From: Muribaculum sp.
GTDB lineage: Bacteria; Bacteroidota; Bacteroidia; Bacteroidales; Muribaculaceae
DNA length: 64,000 nt
NCBI GenBank assembly: GCA_023666965.1
Contig: JAMPAZ010000001.1
Coordinates: 882,376 to 946,375 of the forward strand
Reading direction: 5' to 3'
Both the position numbers and the translations under genes were made by a program. The notes under the pieces are model-generated. The model ran no database searches. It was not told the origin of the DNA and was given only the letters and a program-made list of their open reading frames with translations. Positions 19,923 to 29,878 of this stretch are shown one piece after another (position 1 is the first letter of the stretch; each line of letters opens with the position of its first letter).

Positions 19923-21044
19923 ATGAAACATCAACTTTCTTTACTTTTGGCGGTAGGAGCTATCTCCGCGCTGTTGTCGGGTTGTGCGGCGAAGGCAGAA
20001 CCGACCGAACTGACTCTAAAAGATGCCTTTAAGGACAAATTCCTCATCGGTGTGGCTATTAACAACAATCAGGCTTGGGAGCGTGACTCAGTCGGAGCCT
20101 CTTTGGCCAAGAAGCATTTCAATGCAGTGGCTCCGGAAAATGTTATGAAATGTGCCGAGATTCATCCTAAAGAGACTGAATATTTTTGGGATGATGCCGA
20201 TCGCTATGTGCAGTTTGCGGAAGACAACGGCATGTTTCCCGTCGGACATTGTCTTATTTGGCACTCGCAATGCGCTCCGTGGTTCTTCGTCGACGACAAG
20301 GGCGAGACTGTGGATGCTGAGACTCTGACCAACCGTATGCGCGAACATATATATACAGTCGTGGGCCGATATAAGGGACGCATAAAAGGCTGGGATGTTG
20401 TCAATGAAGCTATCGTGGAAGACGGTTCATATAGAAATTCAAAATTCTATCAGATACTTGGAGAGGAGTTCATCCCATTGGCATTCCAATTTGCGCATGA
20501 AGCCGACCCCGATGCCGAGCTGTATTACAATGACTACGGCATGAACGTTGAGGGACGACGCAATACCGTTGTCAGGATGGTCAATGACCTTAAGAGCCGC
20601 GGACTGCGCATCGATGCTATAGGTATGCAGGGCCACATGGGGCTTGACTATCCCACGCTTGATGAGTTTGAGACTTCGTTGAAAGCTTTTGCTTCTACAG
20701 GATGTAAAGTCAATATCAGTGAATGGGACATGACGGCTCTGCCGACGTTGACTCGTTCGGCCAATGTCTCTGACACGGTTGATTTTCGTAAAGCTCTCAA
20801 TCCGTATCCCGACAGTCTGCCGGAAGATGTATCGGCTTTGTGGAACGAACGCATGGCCGGTGTGCTCGGTGTGCTTCTTCGCAATGCGGATTCAGTCGAT
20901 CGAGTTATCGCATGGGGTGTAAGCGACGGTGACTCATGGAAAAACGGTTGGCCTGTGCCGGGAAGACGCGACTATCCGCTGTTGATTGACCGCAACTATG
21001 AGCTTAAACCGTTTTTGAAAAATTATATTGACTCTGTAAAGTAA
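19923..21044 (+). CDS. GH10 endo-1,4-beta-xylanase (probable lipoprotein)
   Basis: ENVMK, GHCLIWHSQ, WDVVNE (acid/base), YNDY, GMQGH and ISEWD (nucleophile); lipobox LSGC. Confidence 0.93.
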   Translation: MKHQLSLLLAVGAISALLSGCAAKAEPTELTLKDAFKDKFLIGVAINNNQAWERDSVGASLAKKHFNAVAPENVMKCAEIHPKETEYFWDDADRYVQFAEDNGMFPVGHCLIWHSQCAPWFFVDDKGETVDAETLTNRMREHIYTVVGRYKGRIKGWDVVNEAIVEDGSYRNSKFYQILGEEFIPLAFQFAHEADPDAELYYNDYGMNVEGRRNTVVRMVNDLKSRGLRIDAIGMQGHMGLDYPTLDEFETSLKAFASTGCKVNISEWDMTALPTLTRSANVSDTVDFRKALNPYPDSLPEDVSALWNERMAGVLGVLLRNADSVDRVIAWGVSDGDSWKNGWPVPGRRDYPLLIDRNYELKPFLKNYIDSVK

Positions 21045-21049
21045 ACGGC

Positions 21050-22033
21050 ATGGCTATGAAAAAGATGAGATACCTTTTCCCGGCTGACTATATGGCCGAT
21101 CCGTCGGTCCACGTGTTTAACGACCGTATTTACATTTATCCTTCGCATGACTGGGAGTGTGCGAATGTAGAGAACGATAATGGCGACCAATATGTGATGA
21201 AGGACAGTCATGTGCTTTCGACCGACGATCCGATGGAGGGCGAGGTCGTAGATCATGGCAAAGCCCTCGACATCGCCGATATACCCTGGGCGGGCCGTCA
21301 GCTTTGGGACAGCGACGTGGCCGAAAAAGACGGTAAATATTACCTTTACTTTCCGCTGAAAGATAAGAACGACATTTTCCGCATAGGCGTGGCTGTCGGA
21401 GATCGACCGGAGGGTCCCTTTGTGCCTCAGCCCGATCCAATACGTGGCAGCTACAGCATTGACATTTGTGTCCTTGAAGAAGATGGCGAATATTACATGT
21501 ACTTTGGGGGAATATGGGGCGGCCAGCTCCAGCGCTATCGCGATAATAAAGCTTTGGAATGTGCCGAACTGCCCGAGGGCGACGAGCCGGCTTTGCCGAG
21601 CCGAGTCGTGCGTCTGTCGAAGGATATGCTTCAGTTTGCCGAAGAGCCACGTCCGGTATTGGTGGTTGACGACAACGGCGAACCGTTGAAGGCCAACGAC
21701 CCGCATCGGTTTTTTGAAGCAAGCTGGGTGCATAAATATAACGGCAAATACTATTTCTCATATTCGACGGGCGACACTCATCTGCTCTGTTACGCGGTGG
21801 GCGACAGTCCCTTCGGACCGTTTACTTATAAAGGTGTGATTCTTACCCCTGTGGTAGGTTGGACCACTCACCACAGCATTGTAGAATATAAGGGGAAGTG
21901 GTATCTTTTCCATCACGACAGTGTGCCATCGGGTGGTAAGTCGTGGTTGAGAAGCCTTAAAGTGTGCGAACTTGAGTACGACACTGATGGCAATATCAAG
22001 ACTATTGACGGAGGCGGATCGTCGGAGCAATAG
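21050..22033 (+). CDS. GH43 (subfamily 1-like) beta-xylosidase/arabinosidase, cytoplasmic
   Basis: ADPSVHVF, YIYPSHD, FGGIWGGQLQ, RFFEASW and GWTTHHSI motifs; no signal peptide. Confidence 0.92.
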   Translation: MAMKKMRYLFPADYMADPSVHVFNDRIYIYPSHDWECANVENDNGDQYVMKDSHVLSTDDPMEGEVVDHGKALDIADIPWAGRQLWDSDVAEKDGKYYLYFPLKDKNDIFRIGVAVGDRPEGPFVPQPDPIRGSYSIDICVLEEDGEYYMYFGGIWGGQLQRYRDNKALECAELPEGDEPALPSRVVRLSKDMLQFAEEPRPVLVVDDNGEPLKANDPHRFFEASWVHKYNGKYYFSYSTGDTHLLCYAVGDSPFGPFTYKGVILTPVVGWTTHHSIVEYKGKWYLFHHDSVPSGGKSWLRSLKVCELEYDTDGNIKTIDGGGSSEQ

Positions 22034-22048
22034 CGGATCGTATTGGAG

Positions 22049-24061
22049 ATGTATCGCTACATACTATCAATAATAGGTGTCTTTGTGGCACTGAGTGCAG
22101 GAGCGTATGACGGGACCCGGCTTTGGCTCCCCGACGCTCCTGTCTCTGTCCCTGTCAATATCGACGCACCAAAGTCGACGGATGCGTCTGTGCAGATTGC
22201 CGTCAGTGAGTTGAAAGAGAATTGGGCAGGAAAATCCTTAAAGCTGGAACTTAATCACGATTCCTCGCTTGGCGATGAGGGATTTCGTATCGAGCCTGTC
22301 GACGGAAAAATAAAGTTGACTGCTTCGACCGGACGAGGTTTGCTTTACGGTGCGTATTATTTGCTCCGGATGCAGAAAGCCCGTATGGTTCCTGACTCTG
22401 CCGTGACCGAGGTGCCGCGATATGCTGTCAGAGTGCTTAATCATTGGGACAATCTTGACGGAACGGTAGAGCGCGGCTATGCCGGGCGTAGCTTGTGGAA
22501 TTGGACGGAGCTTCCTGAGGTGGATTCGCCACGTTACCGCGAGTATGCGCGTGCAAATGCTTCGATTGGCATTAACGGGACTGTGCTTAACAATGTCAAT
22601 GCATCGTCGAAGGTGCTGAGCTCGGAGTATCTGCTTAAAGTGGTGAGTTTGGCCGACATATTTCGTCCATATGGCATAAAGGTATATTTGTCGGCTAATT
22701 TCGCCGCTCCGATGCAAATCGGGGGCCTGTCGACGGCAGACCCCCGTGATACCGGTGTGATTAAATGGTGGCGAGAAAAAGCGGCTGAAATTTATAGGCT
22801 GATTCCTGATTTCGGAGGATTTCTTGTTAAAGCTAATTCCGAGGGTCAACCTGGACCGTGCGACTTCGGGCGTACTCATGCTGAAGGAGCCAATATGCTT
22901 GCCGAAGCGCTGGCTCCATTCGGTGGCTTAGTGATGTGGCGGGCATTTGTCTATTCACCTACCGACCCGGACAGGGCGAAGCAAGCATACGCGGAGTTTC
23001 AGCCGCTCGACGGACAGTTTGCCCCCAATGTAATAATACAGATAAAGAACGGACCGGTAGACTTTCAGCCACGCGAGCCATACAGTCCGCTGTTCGGTGC
23101 CATGCCGTCGAGTCGTCAGATGGTTGAGTTCCAGGTCACTCAGGAATACCTTGGACATTCTAATCATATCGCATTTCTTGCGCCGATGTGGAAAGAATTT
23201 TTCGACTATGTCGCTCCGGAAAGCATCGATGCCGTGGCAGGAGTGGCCAACATCGGTGATTCCGCCAATTGGACGGGGCATCCGTTTGCACAGGCCAATT
23301 GGTATGCGTTCGGGCGACTTGCGTGGAATCCGGATGTCGAATCAGACAAAATCGCACGAGAGTGGCTCGACTTGTCGATTTCCGATGGCAATATGCCCGA
23401 CGACGTGTATGGCGGCTTAGTGGATATGATGCTTGAGAGCCGTGAAGCTGTGGTAGACTATATGATGCCGATGGGGCTTCACCATTTGTTTGCTTTCGGT
23501 CACCACTATGGCCCTGAACCGTGGTGCGAAGTAACTGGGGCGCGTGCCGACTGGTTGCCGAAGTATTATCACAGAGCAGATTCCATCGGCCTCGGATTTG
23601 ACCGAACGCTATCCGGCACCCGGGCTGTTGAGCAGTATCCCGAAGGGTTAAGTGACGCGTTGAACGACCCTGACAGGTGTCCGGAAGATTTTCTCTTGTG
23701 GTTTCACCATGTGCCGTGGAATAAGACGTTGCAGTCCGGCGATACGATGTGGAACACTCTATGTCGCCATTATGAGCGCGGAGTGGAGTCGGTCAAGCAG
23801 TCTCAGTGCAGATGGGATGCGGCGGCTCCATATCTCGATGCCGGCTTATATGCCGATGTCCGTCGCAGACTTATGACACAGGCACGCGATGCCCGTTGGT
23901 GGAAGGATGCATGTCTGCTATATTTCCAGGAATTTTCCGGATTGCCTTTCCCGGATGGTGTGACTGCACCGGAGCACACGCTTGAAACGATGAAAGGGGT
24001 CAATCTCGGAATCACAAATTATGAATCGCCCTCGGTCGAACTGCTTGATGCTGTTCGATAG
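22049..24061 (+). CDS. GH67 alpha-glucuronidase
   Basis: NHWDNLDGTVERGYAG, NNVNA, VKANSEGQPGP, KNGPVDFQPREP and LLWFHHVPW motifs; signal peptide. Confidence 0.95.
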   Translation: MYRYILSIIGVFVALSAGAYDGTRLWLPDAPVSVPVNIDAPKSTDASVQIAVSELKENWAGKSLKLELNHDSSLGDEGFRIEPVDGKIKLTASTGRGLLYGAYYLLRMQKARMVPDSAVTEVPRYAVRVLNHWDNLDGTVERGYAGRSLWNWTELPEVDSPRYREYARANASIGINGTVLNNVNASSKVLSSEYLLKVVSLADIFRPYGIKVYLSANFAAPMQIGGLSTADPRDTGVIKWWREKAAEIYRLIPDFGGFLVKANSEGQPGPCDFGRTHAEGANMLAEALAPFGGLVMWRAFVYSPTDPDRAKQAYAEFQPLDGQFAPNVIIQIKNGPVDFQPREPYSPLFGAMPSSRQMVEFQVTQEYLGHSNHIAFLAPMWKEFFDYVAPESIDAVAGVANIGDSANWTGHPFAQANWYAFGRLAWNPDVESDKIAREWLDLSISDGNMPDDVYGGLVDMMLESREAVVDYMMPMGLHHLFAFGHHYGPEPWCEVTGARADWLPKYYHRADSIGLGFDRTLSGTRAVEQYPEGLSDALNDPDRCPEDFLLWFHHVPWNKTLQSGDTMWNTLCRHYERGVESVKQSQCRWDAAAPYLDAGLYADVRRRLMTQARDARWWKDACLLYFQEFSGLPFPDGVTAPEHTLETMKGVNLGITNYESPSVELLDAVR

Positions 24062-24531
24062 ACTTCATCTTCCCCGGGCCGTTCGAAACCGTTGTAGAAT
24101 TGAGTAAGCATCTGTTTTGTGACCCGGGCTTTATTCGGACCGGCTTGCTCGTTGTTGCGTCGGTATATTCTTTCCCAGGCTGTCAGGAAGTCTACCGGAA
24201 AGTAGACGAGTTCCCAACCGATGCCGTGCTTGTCGAGCAGGCCTCGGTAAAGGTCGCGCTTCTCGCGGTGGCAGAAGGTCATATCGACCACAACGTCGGA
24301 ACCGGAGGCGACAAGGTCAATCAGTCGCTCTTTTAAAGCTTCTTCGCTGCGGGCATATCGTTCCCGGTATTCTTCGGCAGGGTAGTCGATACCGCATTCG
24401 CCGTGGTCGTGCCACATGTATTCATCGATTGCCAGTTTGCTGTAACCGTGATTCTTGACGAGTGTGTCTGCGTATGTCGTCTTTCCTGAGCCGCTCATGC
24501 CGCATAGTAGTTTTACGTGTCCTTTTGCCAT
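24019..24531 (-). CDS. Small P-loop kinase (AAA_33 family)
   Basis: Walker A GMSGSGKTT, VVVD, R-x2-R lid and FERP tail. Confidence 0.75.
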   Translation of the reverse strand: MAKGHVKLLCGMSGSGKTTYADTLVKNHGYSKLAIDEYMWHDHGECGIDYPAEEYRERYARSEEALKERLIDLVASGSDVVVDMTFCHREKRDLYRGLLDKHGIGWELVYFPVDFLTAWERIYRRNNEQAGPNKARVTKQMLTQFYNGFERPGEDEVYRTASSSSTEGDS

Positions 24532-24543
24532 AGGTTTTTGTCC

Positions 24544-25281
24544 TTAAAATGTTGATGAGCGGAGCCATTGCTCCCATTCTTGTTCCGATCCATTGAACGT
24601 ATTCAGGTCGACTGATGTGTTGCATGAATTTATCCATCCGCGATGGCTGTATTGCCAAAGTTGCCATTCATTGTTTTCGGCCGTGCCCAGCGGAGGATCG
24701 GTGAACGAGCATATCCAAAGCGGGTAGTCCTTAAAATGTTCTCTAATGAAGCGCATGTAGCCGTCCTTATTGGTATAAAACATCACGGTGTAGCCGTTTG
24801 CTTCAATATAGCCTATCATCGCCTTAAGCCGTGCAAGAACTTCGTGGGTATATATGTCGCGCGGGTTGGTCCATTCTTCGAGGTCGATGACAAGGGGCAT
24901 GTCTATGGTCTTTCCTTGCAGGCTGTTGATGAAGTTTATGGCCTGCATCTCACCGTCGGTGTCGAATCGGAAGAAGTGGTAGGCTCCGATGACAGGTATG
25001 CCGGCGCGACGTGCATTGCGGTAGTTTGCATTAAATCTTGAGTCTTTAAATGTGGTTCCTTCTGTTGCCTTAAGGATGACAAAGTCCACGGAATCCTGCA
25101 CTAATCTATCAAAATCGATGAAGCCGTTGTGCGCCGAAAAGTCAAATCCGGTTATGGGGTAACGCGCTTTACTCAGCTCGATCGGTGAGTAAGCTGTACG
25201 GGTATATATATGATAGACGGCGATGGCTCCCAAAAGAGCAATCGCCAATATTATCGTCACTATTCCACTGCGTTTTTTCAT
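24544..25281 (-). CDS. GH25 lysozyme/muramidase with N-terminal membrane anchor
   Basis: GFDFSAHNG, KATEG, GAYHFF, D-x-E (IDLEE), WQYS and VDLN motifs. Confidence 0.92.
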   Translation of the reverse strand: MKKRSGIVTIILAIALLGAIAVYHIYTRTAYSPIELSKARYPITGFDFSAHNGFIDFDRLVQDSVDFVILKATEGTTFKDSRFNANYRNARRAGIPVIGAYHFFRFDTDGEMQAINFINSLQGKTIDMPLVIDLEEWTNPRDIYTHEVLARLKAMIGYIEANGYTVMFYTNKDGYMRFIREHFKDYPLWICSFTDPPLGTAENNEWQLWQYSHRGWINSCNTSVDLNTFNGSEQEWEQWLRSSTF

Positions 25282-25527
25282 TCGGCTACAAAGATAGCAA
25301 ATTCTTGTAAAAGCCACTCAACAGATTAGATAGAGAATGATACCGGGAAGAATTGCTTACTTATCAAAAATGAAAGGAGTGTTTATGTCTGTGGATGCAG
25401 GAGGACCCAAGGCGTTGACAATGTCTTGCAGATGTGTTAAATATATTTAAAAATCGGGGGGGGTAGCTAATAGGGGTGCCTGTAACGGATATTTTGTAGA
25501 TTTGGTCGATAAATCGTAAAAAAATAG

Positions 25528-25559
25528 TTTGGAGAGTTAAGTATTATGTCATAACTTTG
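25528..25559 (+). promoter_or_regulatory. Consensus Bacteroidetes sigma-A promoter of the efflux operon
   Basis: TTTG (25528) - 20 nt - TAACTTTG (25552). Confidence 0.7.
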
Positions 25560-25610
25560 CGGTGTACTACTGGTGTGGTACACTAAAAATGAATTTTTTG
25601 GAAAAAGTAA

Positions 25611-26270
25611 ATGATACATCTTACCGACATTAACAAGACATATCCCGGAGCAGTGCCGTTGCATGTGCTGAAGGGTGTCAATTTGGATGTGGCGCGCGGA
25701 GAATTGGTGGCCATCATGGGAGCCTCCGGTTCCGGCAAGTCTACATTGCTGAATATTCTTGGAATCCTCGACAATTATGACACGGGCGAATATATCCTTG
25801 ACAGTACGCTTATCAAGGACTTGAGCGAAAACCGTGCCGCCGAGTTGCGCAACAGACTCATCGGCTTCGTCTTCCAGTCGTTCAATCTGATTAACTATAA
25901 GAACGCTATGGAAAATGTAGCGCTACCATTGTTTTATCAGGGCGTGTCGCGCCGAAAGCGGAATGCTCTCGCTCTCGAGCAACTTGACAGAATGGGCCTT
26001 AAGGATTGGGCGCACCATCTGCCGGGAGAATTGTCGGGTGGACAGAAGCAACGTGTGGCTATCGCTCGTGCGCTCATTACGAATCCTGCGATAATATTGG
26101 CCGACGAACCTACCGGTGCCCTCGACTCGAAGACTTCGGTAGAGGTAATGAAGATATTCCGGCAGCTTAATCAGGAGGGGATGACTATTCTTATCGTGAC
26201 CCATGACCCGAATGTTGGCGCTCAGACCGATCGTGTAATACGTATATCCGATGGTGTCATAACTCAATAG
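25611..26270 (+). CDS. ABC transporter ATP-binding protein (MacB/LolD type)
   Basis: [26 protein letters not shown] and VTHD motifs. Confidence 0.95.
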   Translation: MIHLTDINKTYPGAVPLHVLKGVNLDVARGELVAIMGASGSGKSTLLNILGILDNYDTGEYILDSTLIKDLSENRAAELRNRLIGFVFQSFNLINYKNAMENVALPLFYQGVSRRKRNALALEQLDRMGLKDWAHHLPGELSGGQKQRVAIARALITNPAIILADEPTGALDSKTSVEVMKIFRQLNQEGMTILIVTHDPNVGAQTDRVIRISDGVITQ

Positions 26271-26278
26271 CGGTTGAT

Positions 26279-27499
26279 ATGTTAGACTTGTTCAGTGAAA
26301 TTTGGCAGACTCTGCGCACGAATAAATTGCGTACTGCGTTGACCGGTTTAGCGGTGTCGTGGGGAATATTTATGCTCATAATATTGGTCGGACTGGCACA
26401 GGGGGTGATCAACTCGTTCGGAAGTTCGTCGATAGCCAATACAAACAATATCGTACAGATATGGGGAGGCAATGCGTCGATGGCATACGACGGACTTAAG
26501 GCGGGCCGTTACGTTCCTCTTAAGCGCGGAAATATGGATGCGATAGCAAAGGAAAATCCTGATAATGTGGCCACAGTGTTTGCCCAAGTCTATGCGGGTT
26601 CATCCACAATCTCTACCGATAGAGATTACGTCACATCGAGCTATACCGGCGTGTTCCCCGAATCACAAAGGCGCGACAATATAACAATAAAAGAGGGCCG
26701 GTTCATCAATGCCATGGATCTTGAGGAGAAGCGTAAGGTGATAGTCCTCGACGGACGTACAGTCGACCAACTATTTGCCGACAGAAATAGTGTGATAGGA
26801 AATTTTGTTAAGGTCGGAGATTTGTCGTTTAAAGTGATAGGCTTTTACGACAGCGACTGGCGACGGGACATTTATGTGCCTTACACCACGGCATGGGCGT
26901 TGTCGGGATTTAACGATAACTTAAGCACTATTATGGTAGAAACTAAGGGACTTAAGACAGAAGAAGATGCTGATAAGCTTGACTCCGACTTGTATGCCAC
27001 TTTAGGAAAGGCCAATCGCCATTCGGCCGATGACCACGGGGCGGTATGGTTATGGAATCGATTTTCAAACTATCTTTCGTCGCTTAAAGCTCAGAATATA
27101 CTTAACCTGACCATGTGGGTGATAGGTCTGTTGACTCTCATCACGGGTATAGTGGGCGTGAGCAACATCATGTTCGTGTCGGTGCGCGAGCGTACGCATG
27201 AGATTGGCATCCGCCGTGCAATCGGAGCAAAGCCCCGGAGCATATTGATGCAGGTGATATTAGAAAGCGTAGTGCTTACGGCGGTGTTCGGATATTTGGG
27301 TATTATCTTAGGTACGATTGGTACAGAAATCCTTGCGCATTACTTCGCCGACTCGGAGGCCATAAAGGATCCAAAGGTCAATCTGGCACTTGCGCTCCAA
27401 GTGATGTGCGTGCTTGTGATTTCGGGTGCATTAGCCGGAATTTTTCCGGCCTTCCGTGCTCTGAAGATTCGTCCGGTAGAAGCGTTAAGAACTGAATAA
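26279..27499 (+). CDS. MacB/FtsX-type ABC permease
   Basis: NKLRTALT, NIMFVSVRERTHEIGIRRAIGA and PVEALR motifs. Confidence 0.93.
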   Translation: MLDLFSEIWQTLRTNKLRTALTGLAVSWGIFMLIILVGLAQGVINSFGSSSIANTNNIVQIWGGNASMAYDGLKAGRYVPLKRGNMDAIAKENPDNVATVFAQVYAGSSTISTDRDYVTSSYTGVFPESQRRDNITIKEGRFINAMDLEEKRKVIVLDGRTVDQLFADRNSVIGNFVKVGDLSFKVIGFYDSDWRRDIYVPYTTAWALSGFNDNLSTIMVETKGLKTEEDADKLDSDLYATLGKANRHSADDHGAVWLWNRFSNYLSSLKAQNILNLTMWVIGLLTLITGIVGVSNIMFVSVRERTHEIGIRRAIGAKPRSILMQVILESVVLTAVFGYLGIILGTIGTEILAHYFADSEAIKDPKVNLALALQVMCVLVISGALAGIFPAFRALKIRPVEALRTE

Positions 27500-27508
27500 T
27501 TGACGGCT

Positions 27509-28744
27509 ATGAAAAATCCTGTATTTGATATAGACAACTGGAAAGAGATTACAGCCACGCTTGCGAGAAACAAGACCCGCACATTTTTGACGGCCTTCGG
27601 GATCTTTTGGGGAACGGCCATGCTGGCTCTGCTGTGGGGCGGATCGCAAGGGATGCAGCGTATGTTGATGATGAACTTCGACGGCTTTTCGACAAATTCC
27701 TGCGCTGTGTTTCCGGAGCGCACCACCATCCCTTATAATGGATTCAAGAAGGGGATGCGATGGTCGCTGACCCAGACCGACATCGACAATGTCAGGCGCA
27801 ATTGTCCGGAGATAGATTCATCGACGGGTATGCTGAATTACGGAGCCACCATATATTACAATGACAAAAATTATAGCGGGAGCCTTCAAGGTGTGGAGCC
27901 GGGTTATGCAGACATCAATGCGCCTATTATGAACGCCGGAAGGTTTATAAACGATGTTGATGAGCGTGGGGTCAAAAAGGTTTGCGTAGTCGGAAGCCGA
28001 ATCGCCGGCGAGCTGTTTGGGTCGGCTGAAGAGGCTTTAGGCAAATTTGTGCTTATCGACAACATCTACTATAAAGTGATAGGTGTGGCCAGCCAAAAGG
28101 CAATGGCTTCCATAGGCGGACGTCTGGACGAGTCGGTGCTGATACCTCTAAGCACAGTGCGTCGGACCTATAATTCGGGGGTAAGAATCGACTACTTTGT
28201 TTACACGACTTATCCGGGCATAAAGCCCTCGTCGATAAAAGACCGCTTTTTCCGTACCGTGAGGGCTACGCACCCCATCCATCCCGACGATACCGCGGCC
28301 TTGGAGATGTGGGACGTGTCGGAGGAGTTTGAGCAAGTTGAGTCGGTATTCTCCGGTATCAATATCCTTGTACTCTTTGTCGGTCTTGGTTCGTTGCTTG
28401 CCGGCATCATAGGAGTGGGAAACATCATGTGGATTATCGTAAAGGAGCGTACTCAGGAGATCGGCATACGTCGGGCCATCGGAGCTAAGCCTCGCGACAT
28501 AATCATGCAGGTGCTTTTGGAAAGCGTGGTGTTGACGATAGTTGCCGGAACTGCAGGTATATGTTTCGCGGTACTCGTGCTGACCGTGGTGTCGATGGCC
28601 ACGGAGGAACAAAGTTTCCAACTGATGTTTAATCATGCGGTCACCATCTTGCTCCTGTTTTTGGTGCTTGGCACGGTGGCCGGTATAATTCCAGCCTTTA
28701 AAGCAATGAATATAAAGCCTATAGAGGCATTAAACGATAAATAG
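27509..28744 (+). CDS. MacB/FtsX-type ABC permease (second copy)
   Basis: NKTRTFLT, VKERTQEIGIRRAIGA and PIEAL motifs. Confidence 0.93.
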   Translation: MKNPVFDIDNWKEITATLARNKTRTFLTAFGIFWGTAMLALLWGGSQGMQRMLMMNFDGFSTNSCAVFPERTTIPYNGFKKGMRWSLTQTDIDNVRRNCPEIDSSTGMLNYGATIYYNDKNYSGSLQGVEPGYADINAPIMNAGRFINDVDERGVKKVCVVGSRIAGELFGSAEEALGKFVLIDNIYYKVIGVASQKAMASIGGRLDESVLIPLSTVRRTYNSGVRIDYFVYTTYPGIKPSSIKDRFFRTVRATHPIHPDDTAALEMWDVSEEFEQVESVFSGINILVLFVGLGSLLAGIIGVGNIMWIIVKERTQEIGIRRAIGAKPRDIIMQVLLESVVLTIVAGTAGICFAVLVLTVVSMATEEQSFQLMFNHAVTILLLFLVLGTVAGIIPAFKAMNIKPIEALNDK

Positions 28745-28771
28745 TTAAACTAATAAACATAACCAAACACA

Positions 28772-29872
28772 ATGAAAAAGGTACTTCGCATCATGCTTTG
28801 GACTATCGTGGCCCTATTGTTTATAGGCACGTTTGTCTATCTGTACTTCAATTCACAGCCTAAAGAGGTGGTGTATGAGATTGTAAGTCCGACAGTGGAC
28901 AATATTGAGCGGTCAACCGTGCTCAACGGCAAGATAGAGCCACGTGACGAGATTGAAATCAAACCGCAAATATCAGGCATTATCGCTGAAATAAATGTAG
29001 ATCCGGGCGATATGGTCCGCGAGGGCGACATCATAGCTAAAATCAAGGTCATACCGGAGGAATCGCAATTGTCGTCGGCACAGAACCGCGTCGACGTTGC
29101 AAAACTGTCGCTCGATCAAGCTAAAAATGAATATGAGCGCACAAAATCTCTCTATGAGAAGAAGTTTGTCTCGCTCGAAGAATGGGAGCAATCCGGTGTG
29201 ACGCTGCATAAAGCGGAGGCTGAATATATGTCGGCGGTCGATGCTCTGTCCATCGTGCGTGACGGTATATCAAGCATCAATGCTCAGCAGAGCAATACTT
29301 TAGTGCGTGCCACAATCGACGGACTAATACTTGAAGTGCCGGTAAAAGTAGGTAGCTCTGTAATCCAGGCCAATACTATGAACGACGGAACCACTGTGGC
29401 CAAAATTGCGGACATGAGCAATCTGATATTCAAAGGTAAAGTGGATGAGACCGAAGTGGGTCAACTGAAAGCCGGTATGCCAACCCAAATATCAATCGGC
29501 GCACTTCCGGGCATAACGCCTGATGCCGTCATCGAATACATAGCCCCGAAAAGTACTGAGGAAAACGGCTCAAATACATTTGAGCTGAAGGCTGCTATAC
29601 AAGTGCCTGATACCGTACAGCTTCGTGCCGGTTACAGTGCGAACGCCAAGATAATGCTGGCTAATGCCGACAGTGTGCTCACTGTGCCGGAAGCGGTGGT
29701 GGAATGGGTGGGCGACAGCACATTCGTCTATTGCCTGACGGCTTCGGAACCAAAGCAGGAATTTGAGCGGCGCGCTATATCCACGGGACTTTCCGACGGA
29801 GTTAAAGTGGAGGTTCTGTCGGGAATAGACAAGGATGCACAGCTTCGCGGAGCAGAAATCACTAATAAGTAA
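28772..29872 (+). CDS. Periplasmic adaptor subunit (MacA/HlyD family)
   Basis: N-terminal TM, lipoyl halves IKPQISGII..I.V..GD.V..GD, coiled coil, VDETEVG. Confidence 0.92.
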   Translation: MKKVLRIMLWTIVALLFIGTFVYLYFNSQPKEVVYEIVSPTVDNIERSTVLNGKIEPRDEIEIKPQISGIIAEINVDPGDMVREGDIIAKIKVIPEESQLSSAQNRVDVAKLSLDQAKNEYERTKSLYEKKFVSLEEWEQSGVTLHKAEAEYMSAVDALSIVRDGISSINAQQSNTLVRATIDGLILEVPVKVGSSVIQANTMNDGTTVAKIADMSNLIFKGKVDETEVGQLKAGMPTQISIGALPGITPDAVIEYIAPKSTEENGSNTFELKAAIQVPDTVQLRAGYSANAKIMLANADSVLTVPEAVVEWVGDSTFVYCLTASEPKQEFERRAISTGLSDGVKVEVLSGIDKDAQLRGAEITNK

Positions 29873-29878
29873 AGGGCT

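Noticed and set aside
21023-21761. Long antisense ORFs (236 and 214 aa) opposite the GH43 gene, and similar ones opposite murF and GH67
   Set aside because: No recognisable motifs; expected by-product of codon bias in GC-balanced genes.
24544-25281. GH25 lysozyme as a possible prophage endolysin
   Set aside because: No holin, integrase or structural phage genes nearby; membrane-anchored GH25 is a common chromosomal gene in Bacteroidales.
26279-28744. Similar DNA around the ERT.EIGIRRAIGAKPR motif in two permeases
   Set aside because: Paralogous coding motif, not a mobile repeat or recombination cassette.
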